A stretch of DNA of 64,000 bases from an uncultured virus (IMG/VR IMGVR_UViG_3300032397_000009) (IMGVR_UViG_3300032397_000009), one strand, 5' to 3'; counted from the first letter of the stretch, positions 36,249-46,197 are shown. Notes: generated by a model not told the origin, from the letters alone. Numbers and translations are program-made.

Positions 36249-36715
36249 TCGGCAGCGTTGCCACCGGCACGATCATCCAGATCCCAGAGGGATGGGCCCC
36301 GATGCCCGCGGGGGACGACGTCATCGCTGCCATTCCACTGAGCGCGTCCGTCCCGATCGTGGAATATCCCAACTACTACCAGCAGTTGCGACTCGACGAG
36401 CGCGACGTCGCGAAAAATGATTTCGCAACGAGGGCCTGGTGGCTGCTCGTGGCGCGCTCGCTCGACGGCGGGAGCACCTTCGACGACTTCGAGGCGTTCC
36501 TGCAGATCTCGGCCACCCAGCCGGCGTTCCCGATCAACTGGACCGACGAGATCGCGAAGACCAAGAAGTACGTCGAGGAGCACGGCTGCGAGTTCGAGCC
36601 GGGTGGATGCCCCAAGAAGACGTCCGTCTGGCTGTGGGTCGGCGCGGGTGCCGTCTTGGGCGTCGCCACGCTCATCCTGGCAGCGGCCGTCGGGGCCAAG
36701 GGGAAGAGGCGATGA
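36245..36715 (+). CDS. C-terminally anchored protein
   Basis: Start MIGSVA (ATGA); ends WLWVGAGAVLGVATLILAAAVGAKGKRR. Confidence 0.65.
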   Translation: MIGSVATGTIIQIPEGWAPMPAGDDVIAAIPLSASVPIVEYPNYYQQLRLDERDVAKNDFATRAWWLLVARSLDGGSTFDDFEAFLQISATQPAFPINWTDEIAKTKKYVEEHGCEFEPGGCPKKTSVWLWVGAGAVLGVATLILAAAVGAKGKRR

Positions 36716-36933
36716 GCTATCGAGTACGGCGTATAGGCGGCCTGTTGGACGACGCAGGGGGCACCCTGGCCACGCTCAACACCGGAATTGCGTCCATGCA
36801 GGCAGACTCCGCGTCGATTTCGACGGACGTGCATGCGATGCGCGAGTCGGTCGACCTCTGGCTCAAGATCATCGGCGGCTCGCTCCTGGGAATCGGAGCC
36901 GTGCTGCTCGTTGGACAGTTTCTCAGGAAGTGA
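36712..36933 (+). CDS. small coiled-coil plus C-terminal TM protein
   Basis: Start MSYRVRR (ATGA); ends LLGIGAVLLVGQFLRK. Confidence 0.6.
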   Translation: MSYRVRRIGGLLDDAGGTLATLNTGIASMQADSASISTDVHAMRESVDLWLKIIGGSLLGIGAVLLVGQFLRK

Positions 36934-36965
36934 GCTGCGCCACGGCGCAAGAAGGGAAGATCGAT

Positions 36966-37646
<681 letters not shown>

Positions 37647-37649
37647 GTC

Positions 37650-37949
37650 ATGGCGGCGACATGCAAGATCCGAGGGACGCGCAAGCTCGGCCTCAGGATG
37701 CAGGACTGGCACGGATCGATGGGAGATCCGATATACGCAGTGGGCTCTCACTGGTTCGCCGGCCGCCCCGTCGGCTGCGACGTAGCGGAGAGGGCCCTGT
37801 CCGAGCTCGAGCGCCTGCGGCTCAACTACATGGTCCTGAAGGGCAAGAGGAAGGTGACCCGTGAGGGGCGCGCCCTCGAGGCGTCGAACCGACGGTCGCT
37901 GGAAATCCTGATACGCGCCCTGAGGACGAGACTCGCGAAGAAAAGGTAG
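37650..37949 (+). CDS. basic hypothetical protein
   Basis: GGAGG RBS; WHGSMGDPIYAVGS. Confidence 0.6.
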   Translation: MAATCKIRGTRKLGLRMQDWHGSMGDPIYAVGSHWFAGRPVGCDVAERALSELERLRLNYMVLKGKRKVTREGRALEASNRRSLEILIRALRTRLAKKR

Positions 37950-37955
37950 GGCGAG

Positions 37956-38177
37956 ATGCCCCGCAACAGAGGATTGTGCTGGGTGAAGGACCGAATCGCA
38001 GCGACCAACATGGTCAAGAACATCATACGCGCCGTGCGCTCTGGTAACTGCAAGCGCGCCGAGCATATCTTCGACCATCGCGAGTACCACTGGGTGACGC
38101 AGTGTACGTCCTACGCCACCCAGGCCCGCGTCCACCGCCTGGTGCGCGAGTGCGGTGAGAAGAGGAGGGGGCGGTAG
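37956..38177 (+). CDS. small basic two-Cys family member
   Basis: IIRAVRSGNCKRA...VREC. Confidence 0.65.
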   Translation: MPRNRGLCWVKDRIAATNMVKNIIRAVRSGNCKRAEHIFDHREYHWVTQCTSYATQARVHRLVRECGEKRRGR

Positions 38178-38178
38178 A

Positions 38179-38436
38179 ATGGCACGCAGGAAACGCAAGG
38201 TAACGCACTACAGGGGGTATCAGAAGCACCTCAAGTCCACAATCGAGCGCTGCGAGCGCGAGTGCGACTACCTCAAGTACAAGGCCCTCGACGCCGACCT
38301 CTGGAGCAAGAAGGGCAAGGCGCTCACGAAGATGTTCCACAAGTGCCAACGCGAGTGCCAGGGCGCGAAGGTCGGCCGCAGGTGGCGGAAGGCCGCGAAC
38401 CAAGCGCTGCACATGCCCGAGTGGTCGCAGCGATAG
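38179..38436 (+). CDS. basic protein with twin CxxxC
   Basis: CEREC...CQREC. Confidence 0.6.
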   Translation: MARRKRKVTHYRGYQKHLKSTIERCERECDYLKYKALDADLWSKKGKALTKMFHKCQRECQGAKVGRRWRKAANQALHMPEWSQR

Positions 38437-38448
38437 AGGGGATCGGCG

Positions 38449-39894
38449 ATGGCCAAGCGCAGAGCTCGTCGAGACAAGTGGAGGGCCGGGTTCATCGACC
38501 TGTGCCGCGTCGACGACCACGGCGAGGTCCACTGCGACGACAACCCGAAGACCGCCAAGAAGTTCGGCGTGGACCGCTACCTGCCCATCGACAAGAACAA
38601 GAAGGTCTGCGCGGACTGGGACACCAGCATCCCCCTGACGAAAGAGGGGAACCGATCTCCCAAGGCCTGCCGCAAGTGGGTGATGAAGAAGTACGCCGAG
38701 GAGGTCAAGGGCAAGCCAGGCCCTCGGACTCGCAAGGTCGGCGGCAAGTGGGGCTCGAAGCAGGGCGCGCCGTTCTTCTCGAGCACGAGCAAGGTGCATG
38801 CGGCGACGTTCGGGGTGCCGCCGGCCGCGTCGTGCCCGGCGATCCAGACGCCGGTCCTCACCTGGCTCAAGGACGCCATCGACGACCCGAAATTGCAGAA
38901 GCCGGATGCGATGATCAACCGGCTCTTCGAGCAGATCCCGCGCAAGTGCCTGGCCTGCTACGCCACGAGCGGGAACTACGCCTACGCCGAGACGCAGCAG
39001 GCGATGGCGAACCGCATGGAGTTTTTCAACAAGACGCCGAAGAAGGATGTCGTCAAGCAACTCGTGTACGCGATCTCTCACGCCGGCGAGGAGAACTGCA
39101 TCCCTGGGAAGGGCTGCAAGTTCACACCAGGCGTGCAGCCGTCGCACTTCCGAGCGTTCGACAGCGGCGACTTCCAGGGCATCCGCGACGTCGAGATCTG
39201 GACCGACGTCGTCAAGGCGATGCCCGAGACGAAATTCTGGTTCCCGACGACCGCGTACGCCGGGCTGTGCCACTCCTCTCCGCAGGCGACGGCGAAGTTT
39301 CTGCGGGCCCTCCGCGCGCTCAACGCCCGACCGAACGCCGTGGTGCGGCCGAGCTCGAGGGGCCTCGACGTGCCGGCCGCCAAGGTCAAGGGGCTCGGTC
39401 CCGGCTCGGCGGTCGTCGAGAAGGTGACATCGGCCAGGGGATCCGAATCCTTCTACACCGAGGGCAAGAACCTGTACGCCAAGCCCGGCAAGGAGAGCAA
39501 CCGGACGAAGATCTGCGACGAGGCGGGATCCTGCACGTCGCACTGGATCTGCCCCGGCAACTGTGCGATCTGCCGAAAATGCTGGAACAAGGTCGACCCG
39601 GTGGTCTACCGCCGGCACGGCCTGAAGCCGTACGCGAAGAACATCCAGAGGCTCGTGCGGAAGGTCACGGGGCTCGAGGAGCACCTGGCGACGTCAGAGA
39701 CGACCAAGAAGTCGCGCGAGAAGATCCCGATATTCGACGCGGCTAACGCCAAGATCCAGGAGACGTTCGGCAAGTTGTTCAACGAGATGTTCGACGGGCC
39801 GGCGCCGCCCAAGCTTGTGTGGAAGAAGATCGTCAAGCGCGCCACGCCGTTGGCTCCCGCGAAAGTCCCGAAGGGAAAGGCAGAGGCAGAGTGA
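38449..39894 (+). CDS. GP88-like (radical-SAM-related) protein with basic N-terminal extension
   Basis: SCP...CLACYAxxGNY, FRAFDSGDF, FWFPT, CPGNCAICRKCW. Confidence 0.7.
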   Translation: MAKRRARRDKWRAGFIDLCRVDDHGEVHCDDNPKTAKKFGVDRYLPIDKNKKVCADWDTSIPLTKEGNRSPKACRKWVMKKYAEEVKGKPGPRTRKVGGKWGSKQGAPFFSSTSKVHAATFGVPPAASCPAIQTPVLTWLKDAIDDPKLQKPDAMINRLFEQIPRKCLACYATSGNYAYAETQQAMANRMEFFNKTPKKDVVKQLVYAISHAGEENCIPGKGCKFTPGVQPSHFRAFDSGDFQGIRDVEIWTDVVKAMPETKFWFPTTAYAGLCHSSPQATAKFLRALRALNARPNAVVRPSSRGLDVPAAKVKGLGPGSAVVEKVTSARGSESFYTEGKNLYAKPGKESNRTKICDEAGSCTSHWICPGNCAICRKCWNKVDPVVYRRHGLKPYAKNIQRLVRKVTGLEEHLATSETTKKSREKIPIFDAANAKIQETFGKLFNEMFDGPAPPKLVWKKIVKRATPLAPAKVPKGKAEAE

Positions 39895-40562
39895 TGGACC
39901 GGCGCTACTATCTGGCGAGCTACCCGAGATCTGGGAATACGCTCGCGCGCCTCCTGCTGCGGCACCACTTCGGTCTGAACGTACCGACGATCTACTATCT
40001 GGATCGCTCGAAGATCCCAACCTCTCCTGCCGAGCCATTGGGCTCTGGAGATGTAGATCCAGTGACCAGCCCTTCTCCACCGATCGGATTGTGGAAAACC
40101 CATGAAATCGTTCCCGAGGAAGGCGTCATCGGGGCCATCTTGGTCGTGCGCGACGCTCGCGACGCCGAGGTGTCGTTCGCGCATTTCAAGCGTGACATCG
40201 AGGGGAAGAAGAATTGCAACCTTCGCCACCACCTAAAGCGCCTCTGCCGCAGCACCAGATGGTCGGAATTCAACGAGCATTGGCTGAGCCAGAAGAACGT
40301 CGCCGTGGTTCGATACGAAAATCTGATCGACTACAAGGTCGTCATCTCAATCCTAGGCGAGGCACTCGAGAAGATCGGGATCGAGCCCAAGGTCCGCACC
40401 AGTGAGCCAATCGAGACGTTCGCCGAGCTCTCTGTCGGGAATCCTAACTTCTTCAGGCGCGGCATCGTGGGATCTTGGAAGGATGAGATGCCGAACTCCG
40501 TGAAGAGGTATTTTTGGTCGACACACGGAGCGATGATGCTGCGTTTGGGGTATGGTGGGTAA
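39894..40562 (+). CDS. sulfotransferase domain protein
   Basis: LASYPRSGNT PAPS loop, KTH, VRDARDAEVS, RYENL, FFRRGIVGSWK. Confidence 0.9.
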   Translation: MDRRYYLASYPRSGNTLARLLLRHHFGLNVPTIYYLDRSKIPTSPAEPLGSGDVDPVTSPSPPIGLWKTHEIVPEEGVIGAILVVRDARDAEVSFAHFKRDIEGKKNCNLRHHLKRLCRSTRWSEFNEHWLSQKNVAVVRYENLIDYKVVISILGEALEKIGIEPKVRTSEPIETFAELSVGNPNFFRRGIVGSWKDEMPNSVKRYFWSTHGAMMLRLGYGG

Positions 40563-40572
40563 GGAGAAAAAC

Positions 40573-40758
40573 ATGAAAACAGGAACGAAGGTGATGATCG
40601 GGGCGGGGGTCGTGGCGCTCGGCGTCGGCGGCTACCTGCTGTACAACTACTTCTCGAGGGGAACAGGCGCGCTCACTCGGAACGCGCAGATAGCCCTGCA
40701 GTCGAGACGACCGGTCTACTCCGTAACCACCCCCAGGGGGATGAAATCGACGGTCTAG
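40573..40758 (+). CDS. small N-anchored membrane protein, similar N-terminus to 31220
   Basis: MKTGTKVMIGAGVVALGVGGYLLY; AAGGAG RBS. Confidence 0.65.
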   Translation: MKTGTKVMIGAGVVALGVGGYLLYNYFSRGTGALTRNAQIALQSRRPVYSVTTPRGMKSTV

Positions 40759-40836
40759 ATCCTTGAAGGTGTCGCGCGCAGGAGTTATCCTTCAGACACG
40801 CAGAGCTGCCAGGGCAGTAGCGAAAGGGAGACGGAA

Positions 40837-41106
40837 ATGGCAAAGTCGAAGGGATATCGCACCCATCGCGGTTACACAGCCGCCGTTCGGCGTGGCCTGA
40901 GATCCGGCAAGTACAAGACGACTTACAAGAAGATCACGCGCGACTTCTGCTACACGAAGCGCGGCCGGCCGGTGCGCTGCGGGCTCTACGGCGCGCAGTA
41001 CAAGAAGCCGATCCGGAGGTCGTTCTACCGCTGCATCGACGCCGTCACGAAGCGGTTCGCGTCGAAGTGGATGTGCAACTGCAAGCGCAAGAACAAGAAG
41101 CGGTAG
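40837..41106 (+). CDS. very basic Cys-rich small protein
   Basis: K/R-rich; CYTKRGRPVRC. Confidence 0.65.
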   Translation: MAKSKGYRTHRGYTAAVRRGLRSGKYKTTYKKITRDFCYTKRGRPVRCGLYGAQYKKPIRRSFYRCIDAVTKRFASKWMCNCKRKNKKR

Positions 41107-41110
41107 GGCC

Positions 41111-41383
41111 ATGCGTGAGAAGATCAAGCACCACTGGGGCAGGTTCAGCACCTGGGTGAGCTCCAAGGTCCGCAGGAAGGGCCGCAAGCCCGTGTGCGTC
41201 GACCTCTTTCGCCTCAAGACCAAGCGCGGCCTGCGGTGCGTCTGCGCCGCCATGACGCGCGACGGCCGCTTCTCGACGATACCGAGGAAGAAACACCTGT
41301 GCCCGAGCCGCTCGAAGGCCATGACCTGGAAGCAGGCTCAGGCGCACTACGCGAACAGGAAGTGCTGCCCGTGTCCAAAGTAA
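41111..41383 (+). CDS. basic Cys-rich TKRG-family protein
   Basis: FRLKTKRGLRCVC...DGRF...TWKQA. Confidence 0.65.
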   Translation: MREKIKHHWGRFSTWVSSKVRRKGRKPVCVDLFRLKTKRGLRCVCAAMTRDGRFSTIPRKKHLCPSRSKAMTWKQAQAHYANRKCCPCPK

Positions 41384-41550
41384 GGTGCCAGGCCCATTTC
41401 CGGTTGCGGACCAAGCGCGGAGAGCGCTGCGCCTGCGCGGCGACATCGAGCGACGGGCGCTTCGTGACCGTGTTTCAGAAGGACGGTGCCTGCCAGGTCG
41501 GATCTCCTGTGCTGACCTGGGAACAGGCCAAGGCGCGCTACGGCAAGTAG
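41371..41550 (+). CDS. basic Cys-rich TKRG-family protein
   Basis: GTG start; FRLRTKRGERCAC...DGRF...TWEQA. Confidence 0.6.
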   Translation: MSKVRCQAHFRLRTKRGERCACAATSSDGRFVTVFQKDGACQVGSPVLTWEQAKARYGK

Positions 41551-41562
41551 CGGAGGTATGAC

Positions 41563-41772
41563 ATGAGAAAAAGAGGACGTCGGCGCGGTCGGAGGATCGG
41601 CAAGCGCGTGGTCTGCTCGGTGAAGAGCTACAAGATGAGCACGAAGCGCGGACCGCGCTGCGTCGCGGTCTGCAGCACGCCGGGCGGCTGGAAGATCCCG
41701 CGGTTCCGCAAGAGCTCGAGTTGCGCGCGGGGCAAGGCGCGGAGCTGGAAGAGCATCCGGGGCGCTCGCTGA
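41563..41772 (+). CDS. basic Cys-rich TKRG-family protein
   Basis: GGAGG RBS; STKRGPRCV...RFRKSSSC. Confidence 0.65.
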   Translation: MRKRGRRRGRRIGKRVVCSVKSYKMSTKRGPRCVAVCSTPGGWKIPRFRKSSSCARGKARSWKSIRGAR

Positions 41773-41948
41773 TGACGCGCCGTCGCTGCACCATGCGCGC
41801 AGAGCCCAAGGGCAACCGCAAGCGCGGTCGCTGTCTGCGCTGGGCGCGGCCGACGGCACAGAAGAAGTCCGATGCGAAGAAGATCTTCAAGCTCGGCGAG
41901 CACGCGAGGAAGCGCGTCAGGAAGACGAGGAAACGCCATGCGTCGTAG
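41772..41948 (+). CDS. very basic small protein
   Basis: MTRRRC...RKRVRKTRKRHAS; coupled start. Confidence 0.55.
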   Translation: MTRRRCTMRAEPKGNRKRGRCLRWARPTAQKKSDAKKIFKLGEHARKRVRKTRKRHAS

Positions 41949-42150
41949 ATCGTCGAACCGCTGCCGGCGCTACAAGCGAGGAGATCTCACGTTCAAGTGG
42001 TGTGGCAGCCGCACCATCAACGTGTTCGAGAACGGCCGAGAGATCGACGTGATTTCCTTCGGCTACAACGAGGGCGACGAGCGCCCCACCGCCGCGGACG
42101 CCCGTGCCGCCATCGCGCGACACCTGAAGTACCGGCGGGGAGAAGACTGA
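41938..42150 (+). CDS. small protein with basic N-terminus
   Basis: GAGGA RBS; MRRRSSNRCRRYKRG. Confidence 0.55.
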   Translation: MRRRSSNRCRRYKRGDLTFKWCGSRTINVFENGREIDVISFGYNEGDERPTAADARAAIARHLKYRRGED

Positions 42151-42220
42151 AGAACCTCGGCCGGCGGCTACAGTTGCCGCCGCCGATAACGCTGGCCGAG
42201 GGGCCAGAGGAGAGACGAAG

Positions 42221-42358
42221 ATGGCCAGGAAACGCTGCACCACGAAACGCGCTCGCAAGGGGCTCTGCTCCAAGAAGTCCTCGAAGTCCAAGAAGGGCCA
42301 CTGCGTGAAGCGGGCGAAGACCGGTCGCCGGCGCTGCATCAAGCGCTCGAAGCGATAG
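42221..42358 (+). CDS. protamine-like peptide (45 aa, not in ORF track)
   Basis: GAGGAG RBS; MARKRCTTKRARKGLCSKKSSKSKKGHCVKRAKTGRRRCIKRSKR: 22 K/R, 4 Cys, no acidic residue. Confidence 0.7.
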   Translation: MARKRCTTKRARKGLCSKKSSKSKKGHCVKRAKTGRRRCIKRSKR

Positions 42359-42417
42359 ACGAACACCTTCAGCGACGAGCCAGCCGAGGCGACTAACCCT
42401 CCCGCGGCGAGCTTGGG

Positions 42418-42457
42418 ACGCCCCCAGGAACCCTCAGGCACCTGGGGGCGTTTCTTT
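42418..42457 (+). terminator. Rho-independent terminator
   Basis: 11-bp stem ACGCCCCCAGG/CCTGGGGGCGT followed by TTCTTT. Confidence 0.7.
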
Positions 42458-42470
42458 CGACGAGGGGAGC

Positions 42471-43139
42471 ATGAAGAACGACCTCTGGCAGTCAAACCTG
42501 CGTTTTCTTCTCCGGTCGCCCAAGCACATCATCGACGCCGGCGCGAACACCGGCCAGACGGTCGATAGATACCGGAGGTGGTGGCCCAACTCCGAGATCC
42601 ACTGCCTCGAGCCCGTTCAGAGCGCCTACAACATCCTCGAGAAGAACTGGAAGTCCCAGCCCGGTGTCCACCTCCACCAGTGCGCCCTCGGCGCCTCCTG
42701 TGGGCGTGCAGAGATTCACACGGGCAAGAACACCGAGGTGTCGTCCCTCCTGCCGCACATGGTGGAGTACAGCGGCGAGTTCGCGATCGACGAGCACTAC
42801 GCCGTGGACGTCCTGACACTCGACGCGTTCATGGACGCCAAGGGGCTCGACCACGTCGACCTCCTGAAGATGGATCTCCAGGGTGGTGAGCTCGCGGCGC
42901 TAGAGGGGGCGCAATGGGCGCTCGAGCGAAATGCTTTCGACGCGATCTTCTCCGAGATCTGGCTGGTCGCCCCATACCAGGGAGCTCCCCACTACTGGGA
43001 GATCGCGCTCCACCTAGCGCAGTTCGACTACCTGACGTGGTGGATCAATATCGAGCAGGGCATACCGGGCGAGGGGCGCTGGGGCGACGTGCTGTTCGTG
43101 AGCCGGGCTCTGGCCAAGAAGAACGGATACGGGGACTGA
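42471..43139 (+). CDS. FkbM-family methyltransferase
   Basis: IIDAGANTG, CLEP, TLD, DLLKMDLQGGELAALEGA. Confidence 0.9.
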   Translation: MKNDLWQSNLRFLLRSPKHIIDAGANTGQTVDRYRRWWPNSEIHCLEPVQSAYNILEKNWKSQPGVHLHQCALGASCGRAEIHTGKNTEVSSLLPHMVEYSGEFAIDEHYAVDVLTLDAFMDAKGLDHVDLLKMDLQGGELAALEGAQWALERNAFDAIFSEIWLVAPYQGAPHYWEIALHLAQFDYLTWWINIEQGIPGEGRWGDVLFVSRALAKKNGYGD

Positions 43140-43143
43140 TCCA

Positions 43144-43821
43144 GTGGACGGCGACCTTAGACGGTATTCTCACCAGGCCCATCGCCCAGATCTCTGGATG
43201 AAGAATTCGAAGGCCAATGTCGTTGTCGTGACCCACTGCAACCGCAAGTGTCCACGCTGCTGCATGTCCGACATGGTGCGCGGACAACCACCGCACTTCG
43301 TCGATCCCGATGTCGTTTTCCGTGACGTCGAGGCGCTGGGAGATGTTGGCGAGGTGATAATCACCGGAGGCGAGGCCACGCTCCATCCAGAATTTCTTGC
43401 CGTGGCAGAGTGCGCTCGCATCGCCCGCGGCGACCGCCTCCTCTCGCTGTTCACGAACGGAGCGATGGTCCTACGACACCAGAAGGCACTTCAGTTTTTC
43501 GACCAGATCTACATGAGCGTTTACAGCTCAACGTCGAACGCCGGCACCCCGACCGACTGGGGGCTCATCAAGAAAATTCGCGCTGCGTGCTCCCAAAAGG
43601 TCAAGCTCAAGCTCTGGCACATGATCCATAAAGTCGGTGTTGGCGGGCATCGACCCTGTGTACGCCTATTCGATACGGTCAGCGTGCTCGAGGGCCGCGT
43701 GTACTCTTGTTGTGTAGCAAACGGCATTGCCGGCGCACAGTCGACCGAGCTCGGTCCGGGCTGGGCAAAGAGGCTCCTCAGGGTGCCGGCGCCGTGCGAA
43801 CGATGCGTCTTTTCGAAGTAG
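43144..43821 (+). CDS. radical SAM protein
   Basis: CNRKCPRC, ITGGEATLHP, FTNG, C-terminal Cys cluster; alternative start 43198. Confidence 0.85.
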   Translation: MDGDLRRYSHQAHRPDLWMKNSKANVVVVTHCNRKCPRCCMSDMVRGQPPHFVDPDVVFRDVEALGDVGEVIITGGEATLHPEFLAVAECARIARGDRLLSLFTNGAMVLRHQKALQFFDQIYMSVYSSTSNAGTPTDWGLIKKIRAACSQKVKLKLWHMIHKVGVGGHRPCVRLFDTVSVLEGRVYSCCVANGIAGAQSTELGPGWAKRLLRVPAPCERCVFSK

Positions 43822-43829
43822 GCGAGAAC

Positions 43830-44789
43830 ATGGTGCATAAAAACAGGCGGATATGGATCCAGAGGGTTCTGCACTCGAACGACGAGCTCCCCAGGACCAA
43901 CGAGGAGCTATTCAAGAACGCCGGATTCGAGATCGTGGACAGTCCCAAGGATGCGGACTACGGAATCATCAACCACATGTGGGGGGACAGCTACTTCGCA
44001 CCGCTTCCCAGGAAACGGGTCATCGCTCTCTACGACGAGCCGCCGGCCATTTGTCACGTTCCGATCTACCGGAACCCTCAGTCGTTCCACACATGGTTCA
44101 CGTTTGTCTCGATGACGGGGAAGAACGTGTTCCAGCTGACCGACGATCCGATTGTGTATCCGTACCCGCCGGAAACCTGGCGCGACAGGACACGCACGGA
44201 CACGACACTGAGAACGCGCGGAGTCTTTGCCCGCTACACGACCAGGAAGGAATGCGCGGCCACGGCCGCAGAGTTCGGGAGCGTTCCTCTCTACCAATTG
44301 CGGCACCGTTTTCTTCTGGAACTACACAAGTACGGAACATTTTTAGACTGTGCAGGAAAGGGGATCAGCGGGGCGCAAACTCCTCTCGGAAACTGGCCGA
44401 ACGTGAAGAGGTTCAGCCTCGAGCACACCAAGGCCGACTTCTGTCTCTGCTCCGAAAACTCGGCGATCGACAACTACATCACCGAGAAGATCCACCACGC
44501 CATGCAGCGCGACTTCGTTGCGCTCTACCTGGGGAGCCCGCGGATCGCGGAGTTCGTGCCGCCTGGCGCGTTCATAAACCTCAACGAGTACTTCTCGAAG
44601 TCCAAGTGCCGCGTCGACTCCCGCGCCGTCCACGAGCTATTGCAGGGGATGACCCAGGACGAGTACGACCGGATCCTTCGCACGGCCAGAAATTGGCGTC
44701 GCACGGATCTGCTCGAGGAGCGGTATACCGCGGCGCGGGACAAGATCACTCGGGCCGTAATTTCAAGACTGAACGAAGATCCTCGATGA
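43830..44789 (+). CDS. GT10 (alpha-1,3-fucosyltransferase-like) glycosyltransferase
   Basis: FCLCSENSAIDNYITEKIHHA...LYLG...FIN. Confidence 0.8.
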   Translation: MVHKNRRIWIQRVLHSNDELPRTNEELFKNAGFEIVDSPKDADYGIINHMWGDSYFAPLPRKRVIALYDEPPAICHVPIYRNPQSFHTWFTFVSMTGKNVFQLTDDPIVYPYPPETWRDRTRTDTTLRTRGVFARYTTRKECAATAAEFGSVPLYQLRHRFLLELHKYGTFLDCAGKGISGAQTPLGNWPNVKRFSLEHTKADFCLCSENSAIDNYITEKIHHAMQRDFVALYLGSPRIAEFVPPGAFINLNEYFSKSKCRVDSRAVHELLQGMTQDEYDRILRTARNWRRTDLLEERYTAARDKITRAVISRLNEDPR

Positions 44790-45585
44790 GGCGCCACGTC
44801 TCGGTCCACTCCTCACGACCCACATCCTTTGGAGGATAGGTGTACAGCGGGAGGCCGGCGACGGTATCGAGGGTGGGCTGCCGAGGAGCGACACCCTGCC
44901 ACACGTTCCTGCCGTGAACCAGGAGCAGGCCGCCCAGGTTCGGATCGTTGTAGGTCATGTTCCACTTGATGCGGTCGTACGGGATCCAGGGCTTACGGAA
45001 ATCCGTGTTGATTTCGAAGCCGGGATCCTTTCCTATCAACTGTGCCCAGGCAGGCACCGGCATGCCGATGATCTCGTGGATCCAGACGCAGTCCTCTCCG
45101 CATGACAGGGTAGAGAACCGCACGTTGGCGGCCAAGGAGCGCCTCCACGCCGTGCCCTGGATGTGGAGCCCGACGCCGTCTCCCATGGGCCACAGCATCA
45201 TGGATCTCAGGTAGAGCCGGTGCGTCATCGGCATCGCCGTGGCGTCGGCGAGGCCGGCCTCGATGGGGCCGGCGAGGAGCTCGACACGCCGTGGGTGATA
45301 CCAGTCGTCGTCATCGAACCAGAGGATGATGTCCGCGTCCGTCGCGTCGAGGGCCATCTGCCTGAGCTCGCCGAGGGTCAGGCTCTCCGGTTCGGCATCG
45401 GACACGACCGACAGATCGGCCTCGTCCAGTTTGTCGACGAGCACATTGCAGAAGACGTTCGGATCTTTGTAGTTCGTGGCGACGATGACCTCGTCGACCT
45501 GGCGCGTCTGCTTCCTGATCTGGTGCGTCCACCACGGGATGAACTCCGGTCGGTTCGTGACGACGAGGGCGGCGACGGTGCTCAT
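44746..45585 (-). CDS. GT2/GT-A glycosyltransferase
   Basis: QT..VDEVIV, TLGELR, WFDDDDWYHPRR, GED. Confidence 0.8.
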   Translation of the reverse strand: MSTVAALVVTNRPEFIPWWTHQIRKQTRQVDEVIVATNYKDPNVFCNVLVDKLDEADLSVVSDAEPESLTLGELRQMALDATDADIILWFDDDDWYHPRRVELLAGPIEAGLADATAMPMTHRLYLRSMMLWPMGDGVGLHIQGTAWRRSLAANVRFSTLSCGEDCVWIHEIIGMPVPAWAQLIGKDPGFEINTDFRKPWIPYDRIKWNMTYNDPNLGGLLLVHGRNVWQGVAPRQPTLDTVAGLPLYTYPPKDVGREEWTETWRLIEDLRSVLKLRPE

Positions 45586-45586
45586 G

Positions 45587-45889
45587 TCACATCTCCTTCG
45601 GTTGGAAGCGCGCCGTAAACCCGCAGGTCGGGCACGTCGCCTCGTGATCGCCCATCCCCACTGGCATCATGCCACCGAACATTACGTCGATGAGCGGGAA
45701 CTGCCCCTTCAAAGACGGGCACAATTCCCAGGTCGCCGAGTTGAACATCTCCCCGCACCAGGGGCACTTTGGATTCCCGCGGATCTCCCCGATCTGCGCG
45801 ACCATGCGCTCGCGCGCCGCCGCCCGGCGCTGCGCCCGCTCATCCGCCTCTGCCTGTGCCCGATCCGCGTCCTGCTGCGTCGCCATCAC
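45587..45889 (-). CDS. zinc-finger protein
   Basis: CPWC...CPTC; GGAGG RBS. Confidence 0.6.
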   Translation of the reverse strand: MMATQQDADRAQAEADERAQRRAAARERMVAQIGEIRGNPKCPWCGEMFNSATWELCPSLKGQFPLIDVMFGGMMPVGMGDHEATCPTCGFTARFQPKEM

Positions 45890-46197
45890 ACCTCCTTCGA
45901 CTGCACGGAGAGCACCTCGGCGGCGCGGTGTAGATCGTCCGGTGTCCAGTTGCGCGGAATGAAGCAGTGCGCGTCGGGCCCCACCTGCAGGATCGTGAAC
46001 CCGCTCGTGGGCAGCATCCGTCGCTCGCCCATCTGCGGGGCTGCCAGGTAGATCTCCATGGCGCGCAGGAAGTAGGCGCTCAGTCGCGAGCCCTCCTTCT
46101 GGGCCTCGGCATCGATGAGCTCGAGCGTCTCACGCGGCACGGTGATCGTGATGTTGAGCTTGTCTCGCTGCGCGTGCGGTTCTCTCGGTCGACTCAT
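45886..46197 (-). CDS. ribbon-helix-helix (CopG-like) DNA-binding protein
   Basis: NITITVPRETLELIDAEAQKEGSRLSAYFLRAM. Confidence 0.7.
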   Translation of the reverse strand: MSRPREPHAQRDKLNITITVPRETLELIDAEAQKEGSRLSAYFLRAMEIYLAAPQMGERRMLPTSGFTILQVGPDAHCFIPRNWTPDDLHRAAEVLSVQSKEV

